DNA of 64,000 nucleotides, taken from positions 1,358-65,357 of the forward strand of contig CAAFYY010000011.1 of assembly GCA_900767385.1 (NCBI GenBank), written 5' to 3'. Source of the DNA: Bacteroidales bacterium (GTDB taxonomy: Bacteria > Bacteroidota > Bacteroidia > Bacteroidales > Paludibacteraceae). The notes under the pieces were generated by a model. The model saw only the letters and a list, made by a program, of their open reading frames with translations, was not told the DNA's origin and searched no databases. Positions 39,178-47,394 of this stretch are shown here, in pieces. The position numbers and the translations under genes were made by a program. The first letter of the stretch is position 1; each line of letters opens with the position of its first letter.

Positions 39178-41589
39178 TTATAATGAGGGTTGGATTTTGA
39201 ATTTGATACCGAAGTTCTCGTCCGGACAGTCCTGACGGTGGGTCAGACGCCAGACAAATTCCAGGGTGAAGAGACTGAAGATATTGGAGATGCCCACGCC
39301 AGCCTCAACATACGGGATGCGGAGCGAGTACTGGTTGGGGAGAGGCATCACCTCGGCATGGCCGGGACGGAGGCCACCCCAGGCTGCCTTGATGAACATC
39401 TCTTCACGGAAGTTGAGTTTCTTCACACCCGGGATATGGTTGAAGATCCAGCCGTTGGTGAAGAAGTTGGCATGGGCTTCAAGCATCGCGTCGCTCAGAT
39501 AGAGTGTCTGGTTGAGACTGTTGAAGCGGAGGCAGTTGAACCATCGTCCGCTCTGGGTGCGCGGGGTGAAGAGTTGGGTGTAAGGGGCATTGCCGAAGAG
39601 GTAGTTGCCGCTTACGGAGTAGCGCAGCTCGCCGATGGAGGTGTGCCAGAAGTGGTACATGCTCAGCGAGATGGCTCCGTAGTTGCCTTGCGTCTCTTCG
39701 GTGTTGTAGTGTCCATAGGTGCCAACGAGACTCACCACCGGTTTGTGGGAGGTGAGGTGGTGGTGGTGGAAGAAGTAGTCGACCGATTTCTCTTTGGGAG
39801 CGAAACGGAAGCCGACGCGTACGGTCTGAACGTCCATGAACTCCAGAGGGTCGTTGGTCGTTGGAGAGAGGAGCGGCAGCGAGTCGCCACCGAAGTAGCG
39901 GTGGTAGTTGCCCTCCACGAAGAGTTTGAATGGTGCAGCGTCGTAGCTGTAGTTGAGACGGGCAATGCGCTGATGAAGCAGTTTGTTGTATTTGAATCCG
40001 ATGTTGAAGAGGTTTTCTCCGCGGTCGACATATTGGTCGATTGGACCATAGGTGCGCTGGAAGTCAACACGGTAGTAATCGTCGTAGTAGGAGGCTGTGA
40101 GGCTGTGGGCATAGTCGGGACCGAAACGGAAACGGAGGTCGCCGCCATAGCTCCACTGTTTGTTGCGGACGCCGTAGCCGGCATAGCCGCCGATGGAGAA
40201 CCACGGGCAGAGTTTCTCGCTCGTGCGCAGTCCGAGGGTCGGACGGAAACCCTGAATCTGGTCGCCACGGAAGAACTCGGTAAACGGACCGAACTCAACA
40301 GGACCGACAGGGATGTAGCCTGAGTTGATGATGTAGACGAGGTAGTTGGCCACACGCATGATCTTCGTGTTGTCGGCAGCCGCCATGGCTTGAACGAAGT
40401 TCTGATGGGTGGTGTCGATGCGGCCGTATGGGGAGTGGTCGATGGTTCTGCCGAAAGCAGTCACGGAGTCAAACTGTATGCGTGAGTCCATGATAGCCGC
40501 GAAGTAGTGTTTGGCAGTGTCGGCGTGGAAGAGCTGCATGCCCAAACCATGACTCATCAGCATGGGTGCATAGTGGGTGTCGTCCACCATCGAGAATTTC
40601 TGGCAGAGATGGATATTGTTGATGTAGTTGATGTTGGCAGTAGGCGGCATCGTGGCGTCGATGAAGGTCAACGCATAGTTTTCTGTATTGATGCGCATCA
40701 CGCCTTTGAAGGTCAACGACTTGTCGCTCTTTGGAGTGAAGGTGATGATGTATTCTTTGACGCTGCGGCCCGACGGGGTGGTGGTATAGGTGCTGTCTAT
40801 GAGATAGAACTCATAGAATGCCTTGCCTTGGTTGGAGAGCGGACTGACGAAGCTGCGGCCCATCAGCGGTATGTTGTTGTCGTAGAAATTCACTTCCGAG
40901 GTGAGCGACTGCATGACCGCCTCGATGTATTGGGTGCTCATGAGCGAGGTGGTGTATTGCTCGTTGCTGCGGAGGTTGCTCTCTTGCTTGCCGCCCCGAC
41001 GCACGATTTCCTCGGTCTGAAGGCTATAGTGCATCGGCAGCATGACGGTGGAGTCTTCCGTGGTCAGCGTTCCCTCCTGGAGCTCGCGGAAGAGTTTGCG
41101 TTGAAACATCTTCTGCTTCAGGTTGGTGAGGTAGAATTTGTTCTGTGTGGTCAGGACGTATGAGAGGTTGGTGAAGTCGCGGTAGTTGTTTTCGGCCTTG
41201 TGCTTACGCACCTCTTTCATGAAGTCGCCGGCGGGGTCGCCACCCGGTGAGATGGTCAGTTCGGAGAGCATGCCGACTTTCTCCTCCAACGCTACATTGA
41301 CAACTTGGTCGCGCTTGGTTTGGTCGAGTTTGATGGTGACTTTGCGATAGCCTACCATGGAGAAGACCACGGCTTCTTGATGCTCGGGCGCACGAAGGAT
41401 GAAATAGCCTTCGTCGTTGGTGGTGGTGCCAATCTTGCTGTTTTTCGGAAACCAGACTTGCACATTCTCCATTGGACGCATGTCGGAGGCGGTGACGACT
41501 TGACCAATCACGATGATGTCTTCCGCCTTGACTGCAAGGGTCACACAGAGGAGAAAGAGGAGTAAGCAATATCGCTGAATAATTTTCAT
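39178..41589 (-). CDS. carboxypeptidase-regulatory-like domain + DUF5686-like large outer-membrane protein
   Basis: Signal peptide followed by a CarboxypepD_reg-like module (IIVIGQVVTASDMRPMENVQVWF...TTNDEGYFIL) and a long beta-rich C-terminus ending in aromatic-rich strands. Confidence 0.6.
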   Translation of the reverse strand: MKIIQRYCLLLFLLCVTLAVKAEDIIVIGQVVTASDMRPMENVQVWFPKNSKIGTTTNDEGYFILRAPEHQEAVVFSMVGYRKVTIKLDQTKRDQVVNVALEEKVGMLSELTISPGGDPAGDFMKEVRKHKAENNYRDFTNLSYVLTTQNKFYLTNLKQKMFQRKLFRELQEGTLTTEDSTVMLPMHYSLQTEEIVRRGGKQESNLRSNEQYTTSLMSTQYIEAVMQSLTSEVNFYDNNIPLMGRSFVSPLSNQGKAFYEFYLIDSTYTTTPSGRSVKEYIITFTPKSDKSLTFKGVMRINTENYALTFIDATMPPTANINYINNIHLCQKFSMVDDTHYAPMLMSHGLGMQLFHADTAKHYFAAIMDSRIQFDSVTAFGRTIDHSPYGRIDTTHQNFVQAMAAADNTKIMRVANYLVYIINSGYIPVGPVEFGPFTEFFRGDQIQGFRPTLGLRTSEKLCPWFSIGGYAGYGVRNKQWSYGGDLRFRFGPDYAHSLTASYYDDYYRVDFQRTYGPIDQYVDRGENLFNIGFKYNKLLHQRIARLNYSYDAAPFKLFVEGNYHRYFGGDSLPLLSPTTNDPLEFMDVQTVRVGFRFAPKEKSVDYFFHHHHLTSHKPVVSLVGTYGHYNTEETQGNYGAISLSMYHFWHTSIGELRYSVSGNYLFGNAPYTQLFTPRTQSGRWFNCLRFNSLNQTLYLSDAMLEAHANFFTNGWIFNHIPGVKKLNFREEMFIKAAWGGLRPGHAEVMPLPNQYSLRIPYVEAGVGISNIFSLFTLEFVWRLTHRQDCPDENFGIKFKIQPSL

Positions 41590-41595
41590 AGTTTG

Positions 41596-42090
41596 TTATT
41601 GTTTAGATAGTTCTATAATTTCCATGTTACGGATGTCATGCCCGTCGATTTCGAAGCGGAGCATCGTACGGACGGCTTGCGCACCATAGTGACCGATGGC
41701 TCCGGGATTGACACAGAGACAGTCGAGACTCTTGTCGTACATCACTCGAAGGATATGGCTGTGGCCACAGATGAACAGTTGTGGTTTGTAGGCGATGATA
41801 TGACGGTAGGCCTCACGGTCGTAGCGACCAGGGAAACCGCCGATGTGGGTCATCAGCACCTTGACGCCTTCGCATTCAAACTGCTGGAACTTGGGATAGA
41901 CGAGGCGCACATCGTAGCCATCGATATTGCCATGGACGGCACGGAAGGGCTTAAAGGCTGCGAGGTTGTCGGCCACGGAGAGGCAGCCGATATCGCCGGC
42001 ATGCCAGATCTCGTCGCACTCGGCAAAGCGCTCGTAGATCTTAGGCTCCAGGAAGGCGTGGGTGTCGCTGATCAGTCCTATCTTCTTCAT
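41596..42090 (-). CDS. YfcE/MJ0936 family metallophosphoesterase
   Basis: Motifs ISDTH, HAGD, HGNIDG and CGHSH. Internal ATG 42090 (MKKIGLISDTH) overlaps the upstream stop by 4 nt. Confidence 0.8.
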   Translation of the reverse strand: MKKIGLISDTHAFLEPKIYERFAECDEIWHAGDIGCLSVADNLAAFKPFRAVHGNIDGYDVRLVYPKFQQFECEGVKVLMTHIGGFPGRYDREAYRHIIAYKPQLFICGHSHILRVMYDKSLDCLCVNPGAIGHYGAQAVRTMLRFEIDGHDIRNMEIIELSKQ

Positions 42091-43052
42091 TGTTGCTGTT
42101 TGGCTTTCCGTTTTTCTTCCAAGAACTTCGCCAGACTCTCTGGGGTAGTCTTCCAACGTCGGTGCATCCACACCCACTGGGTTGGATAGTCGCGAACGAA
42201 GCGTTCCATGGCGGCGGTCTCTGCTTGGGTGTTGGCCACGAGGTCTTCCTCGAGGTTGCCGGTGTCGATGAGTGGCAATTCCGGTTCTATCTTAAAGAGA
42301 TACTGACCGTCGCCCGTACGGATGGTGGCCATAGGCACAACGGCACAGCCGGTGTCGGCAGCCACACGGGCACAGCCCAGCGGGGTGTAGGCCTGATGAC
42401 CGAAGAAGTCGACGAAGGCACCTTTGACCTTGGTGTCTTGGTCAATCATCATGATCATGCACTCGCCGTCGTGGAGCGAGTCGAGAATCTTCTGATAGCT
42501 GTGGTCGCGCTCGTAGTTGCGCATGCCACGTTTGGCGCGGAAATGGACCATGCTTTTTTGGAAGAGCATGCCCTTGATGGGTTTGCTGACGGCAGAGGTG
42601 CGGAAACCGAGCATCGGCGGCGTGACGGCAGAGAGTTCCCAGATGCTGAGATGCGGAATGAGGCAGAGGACGCCCTTTCCACGGTCGTAGGCTTTCTGGA
42701 GATGCTCGAGACCCTCCACCTTGACCATGTTGAAGTATCTCTCTTTGTCGCGGATGAAGACGGTGGCGAAGAAATCGGTCACGCTGACGCCTATCTCTTC
42801 AAAGACCTCCAGTCCCATCTGCTGAATCTCCTCCTCGCTCTTCTCGTTGCCATAGGCGAGGCGGAGGTTGTTGAGGGTATGTTTTCGCGAGTGCTTGTCG
42901 CAACGGAAGGCGAGACGGCCGAGACCGCGCGCCATCCTTGGACGCCACTGCTTGGGATAGATCTGAAGGAAGAGCAAGACGAGCAAGAAAAACGGATAGG
43001 CCAACAAGAGGAGAGTCTCGCGGCGGAAGTCTTTCAATTGTTTGCGTGTCAT
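42087..43052 (-). CDS. lysophospholipid / lipid A late acyltransferase family protein (LpxL/HtrB-like)
   Basis: N-terminal TM segment, 321 aa, with an HLSIWE (HX4E-type) acyltransferase motif and family-typical length. Confidence 0.7.
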   Translation of the reverse strand: MTRKQLKDFRRETLLLLAYPFFLLVLLFLQIYPKQWRPRMARGLGRLAFRCDKHSRKHTLNNLRLAYGNEKSEEEIQQMGLEVFEEIGVSVTDFFATVFIRDKERYFNMVKVEGLEHLQKAYDRGKGVLCLIPHLSIWELSAVTPPMLGFRTSAVSKPIKGMLFQKSMVHFRAKRGMRNYERDHSYQKILDSLHDGECMIMMIDQDTKVKGAFVDFFGHQAYTPLGCARVAADTGCAVVPMATIRTGDGQYLFKIEPELPLIDTGNLEEDLVANTQAETAAMERFVRDYPTQWVWMHRRWKTTPESLAKFLEEKRKAKQQQ

Positions 43053-43060
43053 AGGCGGTG

Positions 43061-43660
43061 TTATTTGTTTGACTCACCATCTGCCAGTATGCCGTTGAGG
43101 ATGATGCTGACAGCGATGCTACGGTTGTTTTTGAGATAGGTGCCGATAGGGTTGTTGAGGTAGGGGGCTTCCAATCCTTTCAGGGCGTAGAAGAGGAGGA
43201 CGGCCGACCACTGCGGACTGTTGATTTTGAAGACGCCTTGTGCCTTTCCCTCACTGAGGAGGGTACGCAACATCCTGATTTCCTGTATGTCGATGGTCTG
43301 ACGGGCACGCTCTACTGCCGAGAGGTTGCGGCGGAACTCGTTTTTGAGTGAGTTGTTGTGGGTCACAGCCTCCTTGACGGCAGCCATGTGGGTGTAGAAG
43401 AATTCCTCAAGTTTTCTGGCGGGCGGCAGTTTGCTCTCCATGACCACCCTCACACGCTGTAGGAGGTGGGTGAGTTCATACTCCAGGATGGCGCTGTAGA
43501 CTTCGTCGCAGTTGGCGAAGTAGGTATAGATGGTGCGGCGGTTCATGTGCGCCTCGGTGGCGATGTCGTTCATCGTCACGTTGATGCGGCCGCGTTCTGA
43601 TATCAGTTTACGGGCTACCTCAATAAACAGCAGTCGGGTCTTCTCTCTTCGTTCGGTCAT
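43061..43660 (-). CDS. TetR/AcrR family transcriptional regulator
   Basis: N-terminal HTH region FIEVARKLISERGRINVTMNDIATEAHMNRRTIYTYF. 199 aa. Confidence 0.85.
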   Translation of the reverse strand: MTERREKTRLLFIEVARKLISERGRINVTMNDIATEAHMNRRTIYTYFANCDEVYSAILEYELTHLLQRVRVVMESKLPPARKLEEFFYTHMAAVKEAVTHNNSLKNEFRRNLSAVERARQTIDIQEIRMLRTLLSEGKAQGVFKINSPQWSAVLLFYALKGLEAPYLNNPIGTYLKNNRSIAVSIILNGILADGESNK

Positions 43661-45663
43661 GAGTCAGTTGGTTTTTGCTGTTGGTCAGGGAACATGAAAC
43701 GCCAGTCGCACCCCTCTTTCCAACGGGAACATCCCCATGCCGTACGTCCCTTGAGGATGATGCCGCGACCACATTTCGGACAGGCGTGTCCCTCCACTGG
43801 GAGCTGAGGTTTCTGTTTCTTAGCAGCTTTACGGGCGGCTGAGGCCTTCTTGACGGTGGTGACGATGTCGGGCTCACTCTTGAGCACACGCTTGGTGGTA
43901 TCGTTCTTGACGTTGGCCACGACCTGGGTCACCATCGCCTTGAGTTCGTTGATGAAGTCGATGGCCTTGAAGCTATTCTTTTCGATGTCGCGCAGTTTCT
44001 TCTCCCACTGACCCGTCATCTCGACCGATTTGAGCAAGGGGTCGTGAATCAGTTCGATGAGTTGGATGCCGAGTCCGGTCGGGATGAGGTTTTTGCGCTC
44101 TTTGCGGACGAATTTTCTGTTGAAGAGGGTCTCGATGATGGCGGCGCGGGTGGAAGGACGTCCGATGCCGTTCTCTTTCATAGCGTCGCGGAGGGTCTCG
44201 TCGTCGACGTTCTTGCCAGCGGTCTCCATGGCACGGAGAAGGGTTGCCTCGGTATAAGGCTTGGGCGGCTGGGTCTGCTTCTCCGCCAGCGATGGGGTGT
44301 GCGGACCGCTCTCCCCTTTCTCAAATGGTGGGAGGGTCTTCAGCTCGTCTTTGTTGGCATCGTCTGCCACTACCTCTTGCTTGCCATAGACCACACGCCA
44401 AGCGGGGTCGAGGATGATTTTGCCTGAGGTCTTGAACGGTACGGTGGCTGATTCGCCCTGTACGGTAGTGGTGGCTACGATGCTGTCGGGATAGAAGTTG
44501 GCGATGAAACGGCGCGCTACCATATCGAAGACTTTCTGCTCCATGTCGGAGAGGGTGCCTGGCTGGATGCCTGTCGGGATGATGGCGTGGTGGTCGGTCA
44601 CTTTGCTGTTGTCGAAGACGCGCTTCAGCTTCAGTATCGGCTTGGCGAGAAGCGGTTCGGTCAGCGGGGCATAGTCGCGGAGGCCACGCAAGGTAGGGGC
44701 TATCTTAGGATAGATGTCGTCGGGAAGATAGGTGGTGTCGACACGCGGATAGGTGATGAGTTTCTTCTCATAGAGCTGCTGCGCGGTCTTGAGGGTGTCG
44801 TCGGCGGAGAAGGCGTGTTTCTTGTTGCACTCCACCTGCAGCGAGGTGAGGTCGAAGAGGCGTGGAGGGGCCTCTTTGCCGTTTTTCTTGGTGACGTCGG
44901 TGACGACGAAGGGCTGACCCTCTATCTTGGCGAGCGCCTCTTGACCCTCTTCCGGCGTGAGGAATTTGCCTTTGGCGGCCGAGAAGGTGGTGTCGCGATA
45001 GATGGTCTTCAGTTCCCAGTAGGGTTGGGGCACGAAGTTCTCTATCTCTTTATGCCGTTCGACGATGAGGGCAAGGGTTGGCGTCTGGACACGGCCTACG
45101 GAGAGCACCTGTCCTCTGCCGCCATAGCGGATGGTGTAGGCACGGGTGGCGTTGATGCCGAGGAGCCAGTCGCCGACGGAACGGGCGAGGGCGGCTTCGT
45201 AGAGCAGCTGGTAGTCCGACTGCGGTTTGAGGGTCTGGAAGCCCTGACGGATGGCCTCCTCGGTCAGCGAGGAGATCCAGAGACGCTTGACGGGACATTT
45301 GGCACCGGAGATTTGCATCACCCAACGCTGAATGAGCTCACCCTCTTGGCCGGCATCACCGCAGTTGATGATTTCGTCAGCCTCAGCAAAGAGTTTGCCG
45401 ATGATGTTGAGTTGCTTACGGTAGGTATCGTTGTCTATCGGCTTGATGCCGCAACGGTCGGGGAAGATGGGGAGCGTCCAGCTCTGCCATTTCTTGAGTT
45501 CGGGTTTGTAGTCGTGAGGTTCTTTGAGGGTACAGAGGTGACCGAAGGTCCAGGTGACCTGGTAGCCATTGCCCTCAAGGTAGCCTTCGTGACGCTGGTT
45601 GGCGCCAAGGACGGCGGCTATCTCTCGCGCCACACTGGGTTTCTCTGCGATACAGACTATCAT
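43657..45663 (-). CDS. topB: DNA topoisomerase III (type IA)
   Basis: Toprim N-terminus MIVCIAEKPSVAREIA, a TWTFGHL block, and a C-terminal Zn-ribbon CPKCGRGIILKGRTAWGCSRW. Confidence 0.9.
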   Translation of the reverse strand: MIVCIAEKPSVAREIAAVLGANQRHEGYLEGNGYQVTWTFGHLCTLKEPHDYKPELKKWQSWTLPIFPDRCGIKPIDNDTYRKQLNIIGKLFAEADEIINCGDAGQEGELIQRWVMQISGAKCPVKRLWISSLTEEAIRQGFQTLKPQSDYQLLYEAALARSVGDWLLGINATRAYTIRYGGRGQVLSVGRVQTPTLALIVERHKEIENFVPQPYWELKTIYRDTTFSAAKGKFLTPEEGQEALAKIEGQPFVVTDVTKKNGKEAPPRLFDLTSLQVECNKKHAFSADDTLKTAQQLYEKKLITYPRVDTTYLPDDIYPKIAPTLRGLRDYAPLTEPLLAKPILKLKRVFDNSKVTDHHAIIPTGIQPGTLSDMEQKVFDMVARRFIANFYPDSIVATTTVQGESATVPFKTSGKIILDPAWRVVYGKQEVVADDANKDELKTLPPFEKGESGPHTPSLAEKQTQPPKPYTEATLLRAMETAGKNVDDETLRDAMKENGIGRPSTRAAIIETLFNRKFVRKERKNLIPTGLGIQLIELIHDPLLKSVEMTGQWEKKLRDIEKNSFKAIDFINELKAMVTQVVANVKNDTTKRVLKSEPDIVTTVKKASAARKAAKKQKPQLPVEGHACPKCGRGIILKGRTAWGCSRWKEGCDWRFMFPDQQQKPTDS

Positions 45664-45689
45664 TGGATGTTTTTGAGTGGGATGGGTGG

Positions 45690-46238
45690 TTATTGTTGCT
45701 CGTTATAGAGTACGAGGTTCATTGGTTTGTCGAATGACTCGGCAGGCACATGCTCCATGAGTTGGAAGTCGAAGCAGAGGCCAACGGTAGGCACCTCAGG
45801 ATGCTGCTCGAGGAAGCGGTCGTAGTAGCCTTTGCCGCGACCGAGGCGGTGTCCGTCGGCGTCGAAGGCCATGCCCGGAACGACGATGAGGTCGTAGCTG
45901 CCGTCATAGCGGTCGGCTTCCGGCTCAAGGATGTGGAAGTCGCCTTCACGCATCTGGGTCTCAGGACGGAACTCGACAGGGATGATGTCGTCGCCCACCA
46001 CGGTTGGGAGGATGACATGTTTCTCTTTGGCCATCTCCACGACAAGGGTATGGGTGTTGACCTCATCGGGCAATGAGTAGTAGAGCATCACGGTCTTGGC
46101 ATCCCGAAAGGCCTTCAACGCCTTGAGTCTCGCAACGGCTGCCAGACTTTTCTCGTCAAGCTGTTGGGGTGTAAAAGTGCGTTTCAGCGCTCTAATGTGC
46201 TGACGGAGTGCTTTCTTCTCTTCTGCTAATGTACTCAT
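45690..46238 (-). CDS. 5-formyltetrahydrofolate cyclo-ligase
   Basis: VVPGMAFDADGHRLGRGKGYYDRFL motif. Internal ATG 46238 gives 182 aa. The upstream extension runs through the promoter region. Confidence 0.8.
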   Translation of the reverse strand: MSTLAEEKKALRQHIRALKRTFTPQQLDEKSLAAVARLKALKAFRDAKTVMLYYSLPDEVNTHTLVVEMAKEKHVILPTVVGDDIIPVEFRPETQMREGDFHILEPEADRYDGSYDLIVVPGMAFDADGHRLGRGKGYYDRFLEQHPEVPTVGLCFDFQLMEHVPAESFDKPMNLVLYNEQQ

Positions 46239-46271
46239 TTGGTGGTCATTATTTATTTTTATACTATCCGA

Positions 46272-46310
46272 CAAAGATACTAATTTAGATTGAGATATTT
46301 TGTATCTTTG
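46272..46310. promoter_or_regulatory. back-to-back divergent -7 promoter boxes
   Basis: CAAAGATA (46272-46279, i.e. TATCTTTG on the minus strand) serves the cyclo-ligase gene. TATCTTTG (46303-46310) serves coaX. Confidence 0.5.
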
Positions 46311-46329
46311 CAACACAAAATAAAGAGAA

Positions 46330-47034
46330 ATGAGACTTCTGATAGATATAGGCAATACATCGGCTAAATTGGCGGTGGCTAATGGTATGGAGATTGTTCA
46401 TTTTGAACGTCTTAGTGGTTCGTGGAAAGAGGTGCTGGAGCGTCTGCATGCTTCCTACGACTTGAAGGACTGCGCTATCTCAACGGTGGCTGGCAATGAC
46501 CCAGAGATGGTGGAGACTCTCAAGGCACTGCAGGTTCCGACACAATGGCTGACCTACGAGACTCCATGCCCGATCAAGGAGGTCAACGTGCCCGTAGGAT
46601 TGGGCGCCGACCGCTGGGCTGCCGATATCGCGGCGATGAGTATGAAGCCCGACGCTACGCTGCTTGTGGTGGATGCCGGCACCTGTCTCACCTACGACGT
46701 GATTGCTGCCGACGGCACGATTCTCGGCGGCTGCATCGCTCCTGGGGTGCAGCTCCGACTGAAGGCAATGCACGAACACACCGCCCTGCTCCCATTGCTG
46801 ACGGCAGAAGATCCACATAGGCTGCTCGGCGTGGATACCGAGACGTCGATGCGCGCTGGAGCCATCAATGGCGTGGCTTTCGAAATCGAGGGTTATGTGC
46901 GCCGACTGAAGGAGAGATATCCCGATCTTCATGTGTTCCTCACCGGCGGCAACTCATTTGATTTTCCCGATTACATCGCCGAAATCATCACCCACGATCC
47001 TTATCTCGTGTTGAAGGGTCTGATGCTGATTTAA
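46330..47034 (+). CDS. coaX: type III pantothenate kinase
   Basis: N-terminus MRLLIDIGNTSAKLAV and an ASKHA fold with ...VVDAGTCLTYD..., ...GADR... blocks. 234 aa. Confidence 0.85.
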   Translation: MRLLIDIGNTSAKLAVANGMEIVHFERLSGSWKEVLERLHASYDLKDCAISTVAGNDPEMVETLKALQVPTQWLTYETPCPIKEVNVPVGLGADRWAADIAAMSMKPDATLLVVDAGTCLTYDVIAADGTILGGCIAPGVQLRLKAMHEHTALLPLLTAEDPHRLLGVDTETSMRAGAINGVAFEIEGYVRRLKERYPDLHVFLTGGNSFDFPDYIAEIITHDPYLVLKGLMLI

Positions 47035-47394
47035 GCGCAGACGGTTTCGCAACGCCCTATTTCCACACCGGGAACTCCCGTTTCTTTTGCGGAATCATTT
47101 TTCTGTGACGGAATCTGTGCGGTGCGTTATTCATAGGCAGGTTCTTTCTTCGGAAATCAGCGAATCTGTTTCCCACAACATCTTATTATTACGGAAAGGT
47201 TTACCACCGTTTCGCTGCGACATTTTTTGCCGATGAAATGGTGGATTTCGTTATGTGTCGTCGACTTTTCTTACGGATACGGCAGACACCGTTTTGCGAC
47301 TAAGGGAATTTCTAAAAAAAGATTTGTGAAACGGTCTGACAGAAAAGTTTTTCACCCACGGACTTCGGAAGTGGTGAAGACGACAAGAAATAGG

